From: an uncultured Rivularia sp.
Lineage (GTDB): Bacteria > Cyanobacteriota > Cyanobacteriia > Cyanobacteriales > Nostocaceae
Length of the DNA: 64,000 bases
Assembly: GCA_963665115.1 (NCBI GenBank)
Contig: OY762007.1
Span: forward strand, 4,128,001 to 4,192,000
Reading direction: 5' to 3'
Position numbers and translations under genes: made by a program. Below the pieces are notes generated by a model. That model worked only from the letters and a program-made list of their open reading frames with translations, ran no database searches and was not told where the DNA came from. Shown piece after piece: positions 50,901-60,937 of the stretch; the stretch's first letter is position 1, and each line of letters starts with the position of its first letter.

Positions 50901-52226
50901 TATATGGTGCCTAGTACCTTTGTTAGCTTAGAGAACATACCTTTAACAGCTAACGGCAAAGTAGATAGAAAAGCATTACCCGCACCAGATTCATTAAGTA
51001 TTAATTTAGAGAATAATTTTGTTAAACCCAGTAATTATACAGAAGAAATCTTAGCAACTATTTGGGCAGATGTTCTGGGTGTAGAGCAAGTAGGAATTCA
51101 TGACAACTTCTTTGAATTGGGCGGTCATTCGTTGTTAGCTATGCGCTTAGTAGCACAAATAGAACAAGTAACTCAGAAAAAACTACCATTAGCTGCTCTA
51201 TTTAAATTTACAACAATCTCGGAACTAGCCAATCTGATCCAAAACGAAGTTGCAGATACCAATCCAAATTTATCAGTGGACTTACCGTCAATAGACACAG
51301 ATATTTTTCGTGCATTATTAACTATAATCGCTGGTAGGGAAGGAGCGCGACCAAGACCTGATTCTCTAATGGTTGCATTTCGTGAAACAGGAAAAAAGCC
51401 TCCCTTATTTTTCTGCGCTAATGCTACATGGGAAATACGTCCCCTTACCCAGTATCTAGATGAAGAGCAACCAATTTATTTACTAGAATCTGGTTATGCT
51501 GTTTTTGATCGGAAAGGTCAATTAAACAAGGCTCCTAGAGATGATATTAAGGCGATCGCTACTCGTCACGTCCGCGATATATTATTAATAAATCCAGAAG
51601 GACCGTATTTTTTGATCGGATATTCTTTTGGAAAACTTGTAACCTATGAAATAGCTAAGCAATTGCAAGCAAAGGGAAAGAAAATTGCATTGTTAGCAAT
51701 CTTAGATACTCCCGGTTCGGCAAAAACTTATCAGTATACAAAAAAAATATTGGTAGGGATAGCTGAAATGTCACAGGAGCTATTTAGTGGTTCATTACTA
51801 AGTTTTACTAAACGTTTTGGTTTATCGATATGGAAAGTAAAAGAAGATTTGGCAGAAATTGGTAGCAAAACTATTGTAAAACTTTTGCGTATAAATAATT
51901 TTTCTCATAAATCCGACCTTGACTCCAATCCTATTTCCGAGAAACAGCAAAACAATCCAGAAATTAAAGAATCCATATCTTATATGGAGCAAAATAAAGC
52001 GAAGTACATAATGGAAGGCTATCAAGGCAAAATTACGTTTTTTGTTACTTCCGTTGTTCGTCGTAACCATAACAAAATTCTACGTCGGCTATTTCCTTTA
52101 ATGGGTTGGAACAAACACGTTATAGAAAAAGTCAAAGTCCCCGGCGACCATAATAGCATGGTAAGAGAACCTGACGTGAAAGCCTTAGCAGAAAGTTTAA
52201 TGGATATACTCGCAAATCTGAAATGA
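47961..52226 (+). CDS. Single-module NRPS (C-A-T-TE)
   Basis: HHIVFDGWS C domain; A domain FTSGSTGKPKG, LSHDPLLRDIFTPL, YKTGDLGRY; FFELGGHSLL T domain; GYSFG TE with PGDH. Confidence 0.93.
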   Translation: MKDITQRIANLSPAKRALLEQQLHKKALQTKQENNISPRKQYQDTPLSFSQQRMWLLDQLEPGNPAYNRPANISLTGTINVQVLEKILNEIIRRHEVLRTSFEEVNGQPFQKITPNITLKLPIVDLSNLNDENKEIEVQKLATEEAQQTFDLTQVPLIKAKLVRLHEQKHILLLTMHHIVFDGWSMGVLLKEVGELYQAFSTGKPSPLPELPIQYADFAVCQREWLTDKVLDKQLNYWKQQLAGANPVLELPTDSLRPPVQTYNGATATLILPRSLNYRLQQLCRQEGVTLFMTLLAAFGTLLYRYTGQEDILIGSPVAGRNRGEIEQLIGLFVNTVVLRTSFTKQDSFRSLLAQVREVTLGAYDHQAMPFEKLVEEFQLERDTSRNPLFQVWFNMLNLKDIQLELPGINVESISAGEAASKFDLTLYVAEQEDGLKLKLVYNYDLFATERMMEMLNQYHHLLLQIVENPEVNINELSIVTQSAKSFLPNPQKQLSSKWEGDIPKLFSQQAQRVPQHLAVVDAQVAWTYDELEKRVNQLANYLLGNNIQQQDIVAIYAQRRVRLVWAILGVLKAGAAFVILDSAYPTFRLIDCLQLVKPRGWLQIDSEELPTDLQEYVNSLSFDCQLNLPQDSTSAISEKLKDYPTNTPEIIIEPDNLAYVAFTSGSTGKPKGIKGTHRPLSHFLQWHYQTFGLNQSDKFSMLCGLSHDPLLRDIFTPLSLGATLYIPRQEDIYSPPKLTNWMVEQQISIAHLTPAMGQMLSADTKTTTKYLRYLFFGGDVLTKIDVEGITKFAPNATQVNFYGSTETPQAMGYFIIPRDCLLSNTVPLGKGIDDVQLLLLNSKQQLAGIGELAEIYVRTPYLTKGYINSEELTDQRFIVNPFAKNPEDKLYKTGDLGRYLSNGNIEFFGRIDNQVKIRGFRIELGEIESLLNTHPQIQQAVVIVREDISNDKRLVAYLVQDESLTTEEVREFVKHKLPEYMVPSTFVSLENIPLTANGKVDRKALPAPDSLSINLENNFVKPSNYTEEILATIWADVLGVEQVGIHDNFFELGGHSLLAMRLVAQIEQVTQKKLPLAALFKFTTISELANLIQNEVADTNPNLSVDLPSIDTDIFRALLTIIAGREGARPRPDSLMVAFRETGKKPPLFFCANATWEIRPLTQYLDEEQPIYLLESGYAVFDRKGQLNKAPRDDIKAIATRHVRDILLINPEGPYFLIGYSFGKLVTYEIAKQLQAKGKKIALLAILDTPGSAKTYQYTKKILVGIAEMSQELFSGSLLSFTKRFGLSIWKVKEDLAEIGSKTIVKLLRINNFSHKSDLDSNPISEKQQNNPEIKESISYMEQNKAKYIMEGYQGKITFFVTSVVRRNHNKILRRLFPLMGWNKHVIEKVKVPGDHNSMVREPDVKALAESLMDILANLK

Positions 52227-52380
52227 TAATTTAATACATATTAAAATAAATGGTGTTGCCTCATAACGATATGAATTTACAAAGGTATCTAAAAGCAGCC
52301 CCCTAAGTCCCCCCAATTTTGGGGGAATTTGAAATAGATTTCTCCTCCAAAATTAGGGGTTGGGGGGCTAAACATAATTT

Positions 52381-52728
52381 TTATATGGCTATCTGATTTA
52401 TCGGTGAAATTTCTGCAATACTAAACTTTGCAATCTCCTTTGCTTTGATAATTGCTCGCTTTCTCCAAAAAGACGGAAGCCAAGGAACTTGTTTGGCAAT
52501 AGTCTTATTTAAGTCGGCAAAAGCAGATATCGTAAAGTTGATATTTTCTACTTTTGCATTAAATTCTTGAAAAATAGCCGGTTGGGAATCAACGGGATAG
52601 TTATAGTGGCTTAATAAAGCGTAGGGAAGCCAGTTATCTATAAAAAAAATTGGTAAAAATGCGATTACTATGCCGATGAGAAAATTCTTCCACAACTGTG
52701 GAATATTTTTGTAAATCAAAATTATCAC
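52381..52728 (-). CDS. Hypothetical membrane protein
   Basis: 115-aa ORF with a hydrophobic N-terminus, overlapping the upstream gene by 4 bp. Confidence 0.45.
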   Translation of the reverse strand: MIILIYKNIPQLWKNFLIGIVIAFLPIFFIDNWLPYALLSHYNYPVDSQPAIFQEFNAKVENINFTISAFADLNKTIAKQVPWLPSFWRKRAIIKAKEIAKFSIAEISPINQIAI

Positions 52729-53129
52729 CTATCATTCTTTTCCTGCTTTCCATTCAAACCAGCCGATGCTGTTCCCCATGACGGATAATTACCCATGATT
52801 GCTAAATATCCCGAAGGAATACCCCAGAAAACAAAACCTTTAATAGCTCGTGAAAAATTCTGAGTTTGGAAGCTGTCATAGGCATAAGCAGCATAACTAC
52901 AGAAAATAACCGTACCAATCATTCGTAAAGTAAACGGATGAGTTTTTGGGAAAAAACAAGCAACTGCAATAATCACGAACAATGCAGCCATAGCGTAAAA
53001 TCCAGCAGCACCCGTAGGTAAACCCTCTGGATCTAATGCAGTCATGAAGAAACCCACTGCACCAAGTAATGCAAATATTCCAATTGCTATACGCGAACCT
53101 TTACTCATGCGATACCATCCTAAAAACAC
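52725..53129 (-). CDS. Hypothetical 4-TM membrane protein
   Basis: Four hydrophobic segments; likely ATG start at 53109. Confidence 0.7.
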   Translation of the reverse strand: MFLGWYRMSKGSRIAIGIFALLGAVGFFMTALDPEGLPTGAAGFYAMAALFVIIAVACFFPKTHPFTLRMIGTVIFCSYAAYAYDSFQTQNFSRAIKGFVFWGIPSGYLAIMGNYPSWGTASAGLNGKQEKNDR

Positions 53130-53218
53130 CCGTATAACGAGTGATGATATCTAGAAATTTTTATAAACGTTAACCGAAATATTACGGTAAAATTCTTTTT
53201 TCGATTTTGTTTAGATGC

Positions 53219-53555
53219 GTAGGTTGGGTTAGACGCGCAAAGACATTTAATGATTAACGAATCAATTTGATTAGCGTCGTAACCCAACATTTCTATTGTT
53301 TTAGGACTTACGTAAAAGGGACGAATTTACGTTATTATTCGCTGCGCGAAATAATCTCCCCAGACGCTGAAATTTCTTCCCTACAATGCGTTCCGGTCGC
53401 AATGACAATTCAAGATGCGTAAGTCCTGTGTTTATTAAATAAGAAATAATTTTAAAAATTTGAATTGAATTATCTTAGATATCAAATGTTGGGTTACGAC
53501 GCAATATAAGTTATGATGAATAATTTAATTTTGTCGTGCGTCTAACCCAACCTAC
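53219..53555. repeat. Second copy of the GTAGGTTGGGTTA MITE-like element, with a nested insert
   Basis: Matches 44430-44633 but carries an extra ~127-bp insert bounded by AGGACTTACG/CGTAAGTCCT (about 53302-53428). Confidence 0.8.
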
Positions 53556-53579
53556 AACTACGATTACAAATTCAATTAT

Positions 53580-54035
53580 TTATCTAATCTCAATCTGCTG
53601 ACTATCTACTTCTAAAATTACTTCATCATCATATTTCAAATCATCAATTTTAAAAGTAATAATCTCTAAAATATCCGCAGCTTGAAAATGCTCTGGTTTT
53701 GTATCTGGATGGGGATAATAAATCAATCCTTCTTTGACTTCACCGTTTGTGAGCAAAATTCTGCAATCAAAAAATGAAAAGTCTTCCGCTGGTTCGTTTT
53801 CCGCCCATTTGAGATTTTTAAAGGTGTATTTGGCTTGTTTAACAGAATATTGATGGGGAGAAATTGAAATATTCAAAGTTCCTGAAAAATACGGTTGTAA
53901 ATCAAGTCCTAACTCACGAAAGAAAGGCTTTTGCATTTCAATTGTTCCGTTGGGGAAACGTATATCTCCACCTTTACCCGATGCGACACCGTAACCTTTT
54001 TTGATAATTCCTTTGACTTGTAAATAATTGATCAT
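53580..54035 (-). CDS. Hypothetical protein, possibly CTP-dependent riboflavin-kinase-like fold
   Basis: GIIKKGYGVASG and GTLNI motifs; 151 aa. Confidence 0.55.
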   Translation of the reverse strand: MINYLQVKGIIKKGYGVASGKGGDIRFPNGTIEMQKPFFRELGLDLQPYFSGTLNISISPHQYSVKQAKYTFKNLKWAENEPAEDFSFFDCRILLTNGEVKEGLIYYPHPDTKPEHFQAADILEIITFKIDDLKYDDEVILEVDSQQIEIR

Positions 54036-54059
54036 GATTAAGTATTAAAAATTTATTTG

Positions 54060-54536
54060 TTAGTAATTAAGATGTTCGCGGTTTCTACGTACCTTTACCC
54101 AATGTTCCGCGTCTTTAACTAAATCCTCAATCCATTCCCAAATAGATTTGTAGAATTCTTTAATTGTTTCATTATTCTCATCCTCATAATCATATACATA
54201 AACAAGAGAGTCTTCTTCCCCATTGGCTAGTATGAAATTTGGTTGATTATTGTATCTGGACAAAATGAAAAAAGCATTTTTGGGTAGATTGATAGGATTT
54301 TCTCCATCAATTATTCCTTCTTCTCTATCTTGAAGCACTCGTTCATTTAATTACAGAACTTCGTCAATGTAAAACTCAAACTCACTTTTGCTAATCAAAG
54401 TTCCAGATCGATGTCCAGCTAAAAGGAGAATTTGTTTGTATACATATGGAAGGGTTCCATATTTTGCCTCTATATTTTCAATTTCGGAAACTTTACATCC
54501 ACGGAATCCATATTCATTGGTTAAGCTGCTACGCAT
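54060..54536 (-). pseudogene. SMI1/KNR4-family immunity-like protein with an in-frame stop at 54351-54353
   Basis: GCKVSEIENIEAKYGTLPYVYKQIL...EVL*LNERVLQ...SIWEWIE; both ORFs are in the same frame. Confidence 0.65.
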
Positions 54537-55246
54537 ATAGTTTGTATAGCATTAGCGAGCAAGATGCTCGCACTACAACCTTTTCAAATTCTTGCATTAT
54601 TCAATTTAGCTGCACATCAGCTTACTACTCCGCTCGTCAACAACCTTGTTTTTAACTCATTAATACTAGAAATCATTGGTCAATCTTAGAATTTATCAAG
54701 TTATTTGCGATAACATGAAAATTGTATTTAACTCGTTTCATTGTTTCTCGTGCAACACCTAAAGCTTCATTTTTTAAAGATTGCTCGCTAATTTCACCCA
54801 GATTTTCAATTCTTGCCAAACTTGTTTGCATTCACCAGCTTTGTAACGTTTAAGTAATTCTTGTTTTGACACAATTTATTTTATCTCAACCACGGAGGTA
54901 ATGAGTACGTTTATTTGTGTAGTCTAAGCTAAAAAACGAGTAGAAATACTCATGAACATTACGTTCAGCTAGAACATAAATTACGAGCAACAGTAAAAAT
55001 AATGAACCGATTCGTGTTTCCTCGGTGGAAAAGTCGGCTACCACTACTTAGAACTGTTTCATCATGTCATCTAAATAATTTATAATTACTTAACAAATGG
55101 TATAGTCGCCATCAGCAGGAAGACATAAAATGTCTGTGATGGTATAGTCCCAGCCCGTGCTGACTTTTAGACCAACGCCGATTCCCCGAATCGTAATACT
55201 TAAGTGTAGTCACCGACCGTTCTAGCACCTAGTTATATAGTCAAAT

Positions 55247-57337
55247 ATGAAAGACCTCACTCGTTATCGAAATATCGGCATCTTCGCTCACGTTGATGCA
55301 GGAAAAACAACCACAACTGAAAGAATTCTCAAGCTTACTGGTAAGATCCACAAAATCGGTGAGGTTCATGAAGGTGCGGCGACAACGGACTTTATGGATC
55401 AGGAGCAGGAGCGCGGTATTACGATTCAATCCGCTGCTACAAGCTGCTTCTGGAACGAACATCAATTGAATATCATCGATACCCCTGGGCACGTTGATTT
55501 CACGATTGAGGTATATCGTTCTCTCAAGGTTCTGGACGGCGGAATCGGCGTATTTTGTGGCTCTGGTGGTGTGGAACCCCAGTCGGAAACCAACTGGCGC
55601 TATGCTAACGACTCGGAAGTTGCGCGTGTTATTTACGTTAACAAGCTCGACCGCATAGGAGCAGATTACTACCGCGTTATCAAACAGGTGGAAGATGTGC
55701 TTGCTGCTAAGCCGTTGGTTATGGTACTACCTATCGGTACCGAAAGTGAATTTTCTGGCGTTGTTGACTTGCTGACTCGTAAAGCATGGGTGTGGGATGA
55801 TTCCGGCGACCCTATGAACTACGAGATTAAGGAAGTTCCGGAAAACATGAAGGATGATGTCGAAACTTGGCGCGAAAAGCTAGTTGAAATCGCTGTGGAA
55901 CAAGACGATGCGTTGATGGAAAAATACCTTGAAGGTGAAGAGGTATCCGTAGATGAGTTGAAGCGCTGTATCCGCAAGGGCACCATTGACTTAGCATTCT
56001 TCCCTACTTACTGTGGTTCTTCCTTTAAAAACAAGGGCGTACAATTAGTACTCAATGCAGTTGTTGACTATTTGCCTAACCCCAAAGAAGTCAAGCCTCA
56101 GCCCGAAGTTGACCTTGAAGGTAACGAAACTGGCGAATTTGCCGAAGTTGACTCAGAAGCACCATTGCGGGCGCTAGCATTCAAAATCATGGACGATCGC
56201 TTCGGTGCTTTGACCTTTACTCGCATATATTCAGGTACCCTTTCAAAAGGTGATACCATCCTCAATACCTATACTGGTAAAACCGAGCGTGTCAGTCGTC
56301 TTGTAGAAATGCACGCCGATTCTCGCGAAGAAATCGATACAGCCCAAGCTGGAGATATTGTCGCGATTGTGGGTATGAAGAACGTCCAAACCGGACATAC
56401 CTTGTGCGACCCCAAGGACCCCGCAACCCTAGAACCAATGGTGTTTCCAGACCCCGTAATCTCTATTGCGATAGCACCTGCGAAGAAAGGAAGCTCCGAG
56501 AAACTCGGTATGGCTTTGAGCAAGATGGTTCAAGAAGATCCTTCCTTCCAGGTTGAAACCGACAAAGACAGCGGTGAAATGATTATCAAAGGGATGGGAG
56601 AACTGCACCTGGATATTAAAGTTGATATCCTCAAGCGGACTCACGGCGTTGAAGTGGAAGTTGGTAAGCCCCAAGTAGCATACCGCGAATCTATTACTAA
56701 GCGCATCGAAGACACCTACATCCATAAAAAGCAATCCGGTGGTTCCGGTCAATTCGGTAAGATTGAATATATTATCGAACCTGGCGAACCCGGTACTGGC
56801 TTCGAGTTCCAGTCCAAAGTAACTGGTGGTAACGTACCCAGAGAATTTTGGCCCGCAGTTCAAAAGGGTTTTGAAAGCAGTATTGACAAAGGTGTTTTAG
56901 CTGGATTCCCCTTGGTAGACGTGAAAATTACCTTAACTGACGGTGCTTATCACCCAGTTGACTCCAGCGCGATCGCGTTTGAGATTGCAGCGAAATCCGG
57001 TTATCGTCAAACTTTACCAAAAGCCGGTCCTCAGTTGCTTGAGCCAGTTATGAACGTAGACGTATTTACACCTGACGACCACGTTGGTGATGTAATTGGC
57101 GACTTAAACCGTCGTCGTGGCATGATTAAATCCCAAGATCCAGGTGCTACAGGGGTTCGCATCAAGTCAGAAGTTCCTCTAAGCGAAATGTTTGGTTACA
57201 TCGGCGATTTACGTACCATGACTTCCGGTCGCGGTCAGTTCTCAATGGAATTTGACCACTACGCACCATGTCCTAGAAATGTCGCTGATGAAGTTATTAA
57301 GGAAGTGAAAGAACGCGATGCTGCTGCTAAGAAGTAA
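55247..57337 (+). CDS. fusA: Elongation factor G (stand-alone paralog outside the str operon)
   Basis: [37 protein letters not shown]; no rpsL/rpsG/tuf neighbours. Confidence 0.95.
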   Translation: MKDLTRYRNIGIFAHVDAGKTTTTERILKLTGKIHKIGEVHEGAATTDFMDQEQERGITIQSAATSCFWNEHQLNIIDTPGHVDFTIEVYRSLKVLDGGIGVFCGSGGVEPQSETNWRYANDSEVARVIYVNKLDRIGADYYRVIKQVEDVLAAKPLVMVLPIGTESEFSGVVDLLTRKAWVWDDSGDPMNYEIKEVPENMKDDVETWREKLVEIAVEQDDALMEKYLEGEEVSVDELKRCIRKGTIDLAFFPTYCGSSFKNKGVQLVLNAVVDYLPNPKEVKPQPEVDLEGNETGEFAEVDSEAPLRALAFKIMDDRFGALTFTRIYSGTLSKGDTILNTYTGKTERVSRLVEMHADSREEIDTAQAGDIVAIVGMKNVQTGHTLCDPKDPATLEPMVFPDPVISIAIAPAKKGSSEKLGMALSKMVQEDPSFQVETDKDSGEMIIKGMGELHLDIKVDILKRTHGVEVEVGKPQVAYRESITKRIEDTYIHKKQSGGSGQFGKIEYIIEPGEPGTGFEFQSKVTGGNVPREFWPAVQKGFESSIDKGVLAGFPLVDVKITLTDGAYHPVDSSAIAFEIAAKSGYRQTLPKAGPQLLEPVMNVDVFTPDDHVGDVIGDLNRRRGMIKSQDPGATGVRIKSEVPLSEMFGYIGDLRTMTSGRGQFSMEFDHYAPCPRNVADEVIKEVKERDAAAKK

Positions 57338-57384
57338 ATTGTCAAAGTGATTTGATTTTTTACTTTCAGTTTTTAATTAAAAAT

Positions 57385-57419
57385 TCCCGACTGACTCTTC
57401 GTCAGTCGGGAGTTTTTTT
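57385..57419 (+). terminator. Intrinsic terminator of fusA
   Basis: 11-bp stem TCCCGACTGAC/GTCAGTCGGGA followed by T7. Confidence 0.85.
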
Positions 57420-57520
57420 GTTTGGTAATTGGTAATAGTTAGAAATAAGATTTACTTAAAACTAAAGAACCTTTGATTATATTTGTATTTATTAAAGCTT
57501 ATGATATTATTGCTTCTTGT

Positions 57521-57946
57521 TTATCCAGCTTGCATAGCATCAACTTTCTTATTCAAACGTTCAACTTCTTCCTGTAACTCCATAACTATAGTATGAAGGT
57601 CTTTCTCGGTCTTCAACTGTGCTTGATATTCTTCTTCACGCTTTTCGATTGTAACGAGCAATTTTTTTGCGGCTTCTCTTATTAATACCGCATCTAATTC
57701 TCCCGGCTTGCAAATATATTGAGTGACTTTTTTCTGTCTATGATTTCTTTCTAGGTAGATGTATTTGTTACCTCTGGTGTTATACACTCTACAACGAAAA
57801 ACTTTTTCTTTATAGCTGACTCGGAAAGATAATACATCAGGTAGTGGAGTATATACCGTAACATCCTCCAATACTATTCCAGGGTCTTTTGCTTTATACA
57901 TACCAAAATCCGTTCTTCTCCTACACGATATTTTAGCACTACACAA
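57521..57946 (-). CDS. Hypothetical small basic protein with C-terminal coiled coil
   Basis: 141-aa ORF; likely ATG start at 57901. Confidence 0.55.
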   Translation of the reverse strand: MCSAKISCRRRTDFGMYKAKDPGIVLEDVTVYTPLPDVLSFRVSYKEKVFRCRVYNTRGNKYIYLERNHRQKKVTQYICKPGELDAVLIREAAKKLLVTIEKREEEYQAQLKTEKDLHTIVMELQEEVERLNKKVDAMQAG

Positions 57947-58098
57947 CCGGCTCGCAGTTAAAAAAATATTGAAAAACTACTTGACACTGTACCTTTTTAC
58001 CTACTAGTGTGAATTTTGTAGCCAAAAAAGGATAAAATAAAAAACAGACGCAATTCCGGCAAGAATTACCACGTCTGTTTCTGTTAAATCATCTCAAC

Positions 58099-58213
58099 CA
58101 ATCGAGATTCAAAACGCCGAACTTTTTTCTTTCAATCAAAAATTCAAAATGTTGAACTTTTTTCAATCCAGATTCAAAACGTTGAACTTTTTTCAATCGA
58201 GATTCAAAATGTT
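58099..58213. repeat. Four ~30-bp tandem repeats (iteron-like)
   Basis: Unit CAATC(G/C)AGATTCAAAA(C/T)GTTGAACTTTTTT starting at 58099, 58133, 58164 and 58194 (last one partial). Confidence 0.75.
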
Positions 58214-58506
58214 GTATTTAAGTATAGTACAACCGAACGTCCCTTGTCTACTCCAGCGAAGCTGTAAAGCTGATAGTGAGCTGCTTTTCGTGCAAAACCG
58301 AGAAAGGCAAAGCGATATTTCAACTAAAGAAAGAATAATAGATTCCCCTGAAACTGTTATAAACCAAGGACTTTGGCGAGATTTCCGCTTGGAGGGAAGC
58401 TTTCCACCGAGGTACATCTAACGAATTTTAGATATCAACTTCCGTTAATCAGCAAGAAAAATTTTCAATTACTTGTCCGCTTCATTATGTTCAGGGGAAT
58501 CTACAA

Positions 58507-59610
58507 ATGGTCATTGCTGCATCACTACAAACTTCAAACTGTGCCCAAAATTTAGGTAAAGCAACTCAAAATATTCTGCACAATGCTTTCTACATCGCAA
58601 AGCAGAAACTAGAATTATCTCGCAAAGCATATAAACAACTAATTAAAGAATGGGGATGGCAGAAGGAAGATAAAAAGTATCTCAAGTTAGCTCGAACCTT
58701 TGAGAAATTCTCTCCTTCGGATTTAGCCGAAATTGAACCCAATACTTTATTTATGCTATCCAATCAGAGCAAGAAATATGCTCCTGTAATTGAGCAAATT
58801 CTCGATATCGGCTACATTACTCAAGAAAAAGTACGGGAATTAATCAATCAGCAGCGCAAACCCAAGCCAATCAAGCCAGAAAAATCATCAATTTGGCGAC
58901 GCACTAAAAACGGTGGAAGATATTGTCAGGTTCCCCCAATTCATGACGAGACGACGGGGGTTGCTCTGCAACAAATGATGGATGAAGAAGGATTAACTGC
59001 TCAAGAAATAGTTGCAGAAGCACTGGCGTTGCGACAAGGGATCAAAGAAGGGCGCTTAAATGTTGAATCTCAGAATCAAGCAACAGAGGATATTGAAGTA
59101 ACAATTTCGGAAGTTGTAGAAAGCGATGAATTCTTAGATAATCAAAGTCAAGAGGTTGTATATGAAGATATTTTCGATTCGGAGCTATGTTTTGAAATAG
59201 ATAATTCGGAAACACAGGAAAATTATGCTGTTTTTTCAGACGACATCATTTTTAATCCAACGACAAATCAAGAGACAGTAGAATTTTTGAGCAAGCAATT
59301 ATTTGTCGCTGTAGAAAATCTTAACAATTTTGGTAGAGCACAAGTTAAGGAAGCCGAATTAGTAACATCGATTATTAATTTCTGTACCTCTCAACCTGTT
59401 TCCGAGCAATGGAATACTTTGGCTGAAATTACTTGTAGGAATAGTAAAGCTTTAATGGTATTGAAGGGATATTCGGGGGAAGAGCATTCAGAATGGTTTT
59501 TTGATTTGCCTCAATTACTTGCAGATGCAGCCTTGGATAATCCCGAAGAATTAGAGTGGGTAGATAAAAAATTGCGTTCTGAAGCGCTGTTATTAATTGC
59601 GGCTCGATAG
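58507..59610 (+). CDS. Hypothetical protein (basic N-half, acidic C-half)
   Basis: 367-aa ORF; no family confidently recognised. Confidence 0.7.
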   Translation: MVIAASLQTSNCAQNLGKATQNILHNAFYIAKQKLELSRKAYKQLIKEWGWQKEDKKYLKLARTFEKFSPSDLAEIEPNTLFMLSNQSKKYAPVIEQILDIGYITQEKVRELINQQRKPKPIKPEKSSIWRRTKNGGRYCQVPPIHDETTGVALQQMMDEEGLTAQEIVAEALALRQGIKEGRLNVESQNQATEDIEVTISEVVESDEFLDNQSQEVVYEDIFDSELCFEIDNSETQENYAVFSDDIIFNPTTNQETVEFLSKQLFVAVENLNNFGRAQVKEAELVTSIINFCTSQPVSEQWNTLAEITCRNSKALMVLKGYSGEEHSEWFFDLPQLLADAALDNPEELEWVDKKLRSEALLLIAAR

Positions 59611-59673
59611 TTTATTGTTTTCAATTATGAGGATGAGTTGCTAAGGTTATTATGCGGGATTCTTGAATAATAT

Positions 59674-60309
59674 TTGAGAATATTCTTCGTTAAATCGCAG
59701 TTTATGAATAAATCCATCAATGAAACAAAAGTAATTCTAATCGGTGGCTCGTCTCATGCTGGGAAATCAACTCTTGCTCAATATTTAGCTGCAAAACTTA
59801 ATTGGAATTATTGTTCTACAGATAAACTAGCTCGTCATCCCGGAAAACCTTGGATACAAGCAAACAAAAAGACTATCCCAGAACACGTAGCAGAACATTA
59901 TCGGACTCTTTCTACCGAAGCTCTTTTTTTAGGTGTATTATCGCATTATGAGAAAAATGTTTTCCCGCAAGTAGAAGATATTGTTTGTTCTCAGGAACAT
60001 CTTATTATAGAAGGCTCGGCGTTATATCCGGGATTGGTAAAAAATTTAGTTAATGAAAATAGTGTCAAAGCGATTTGGCTGACAGCTAGCGACGAACTTT
60101 TTCAAAGCCGAATTTATAGCGAAAGTAATTTTGATCGTGTAAGTGAAGATGAAAAGTACCTAATTCAAAAGTTTATCAATCGTACTCTTTTGTACAATAA
60201 ACGCATGATGGAATCAGTTGAGCATCTGGGATTTATATCTATTGATGTGGAATCTATTACAAATGCAGAAGAACTTTTATATTTCTCGTTACAAGGTTCT
60301 ACCTTGTAA
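59674..60309 (+). CDS. P-loop kinase (2-phosphoglycerate-kinase-like)
   Basis: ILIGGSSHAGKST Walker A, LIIEG Walker B-like; likely ATG start at 59704. Confidence 0.75.
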   Translation: MRIFFVKSQFMNKSINETKVILIGGSSHAGKSTLAQYLAAKLNWNYCSTDKLARHPGKPWIQANKKTIPEHVAEHYRTLSTEALFLGVLSHYEKNVFPQVEDIVCSQEHLIIEGSALYPGLVKNLVNENSVKAIWLTASDELFQSRIYSESNFDRVSEDEKYLIQKFINRTLLYNKRMMESVEHLGFISIDVESITNAEELLYFSLQGSTL

Positions 60310-60400
60310 TGCATTTTATGAAGGCTCTGCCTCCCATGATATAAAAAGGCAGAGCCTTTAGATATGCGTTTCCAGGCTGAGCCTAGAAACGAGTTGAATT

Positions 60401-60925
60401 TCAATTTTTCACTCGGTAATTAACCAATACAACACCATTTTCATAAATCTTACTATCGGTAAGTTCTAAAAAAGTCGGTTTAATAACTTCGCCAAAAAGC
60501 GGAATTCCCGAACCCATAACAAATGGATTCACTTTCAAAACGATTTCGTCAATCAAATTTTCAGTAAACAATTTTGTAGCTAAATTCGCACCACCACAAA
60601 GATAAATATCTTTTCCCGCTTCATTTTTTAAACTTTTTACCAATTCAATTCCATTCTCCGAAACAAATTCTACTTTCTCATCCGGACTTTGTTTCATCGA
60701 ACGTGAAAAAACATAACTTTTCATCATCGGATAAGGATTAGTTTTACCTTCTTTTAATCCCACTTCATAAGTTTTACGTCCCATCAAAACGATATCAAAC
60801 AATTTAAAAGACTCGATATAATCATTTACGACTTCACCTTTAAAAACAAAATCGTTAAATGAACCATCTTTTCTAGCAATAAACCCATCAATACTGGAAG
60901 CAACGTAATATTTAAGTTTTCGCAT
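60401..60925 (-). CDS. Dihydrofolate reductase / RibD C-terminal domain protein
   Basis: ASSIDGFIA, LMGRKTYE, IYLCGGANL, LIDEI...P..MGSGIPLF. Confidence 0.88.
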   Translation of the reverse strand: MRKLKYYVASSIDGFIARKDGSFNDFVFKGEVVNDYIESFKLFDIVLMGRKTYEVGLKEGKTNPYPMMKSYVFSRSMKQSPDEKVEFVSENGIELVKSLKNEAGKDIYLCGGANLATKLFTENLIDEIVLKVNPFVMGSGIPLFGEVIKPTFLELTDSKIYENGVVLVNYRVKN

Positions 60926-60937
60926 ATTGATATTTAA

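Noticed and set aside
54626..54632. TACTCCG as the right end of the second nifD element
   Set aside because: It is not followed by NifD C-terminal codons (GPYHGYDGF), and there is no recombinase or nifK nearby.
55097..55149. Structured leader or riboswitch upstream of fusA
   Set aside because: Only a short hairpin and an 11-bp direct repeat (ATGGTATAGTC); no known RNA family recognisable without a covariance-model search.
58099..58213. CRISPR array
   Set aside because: The units are directly adjacent with no unique spacers, and there are no cas genes in the window.
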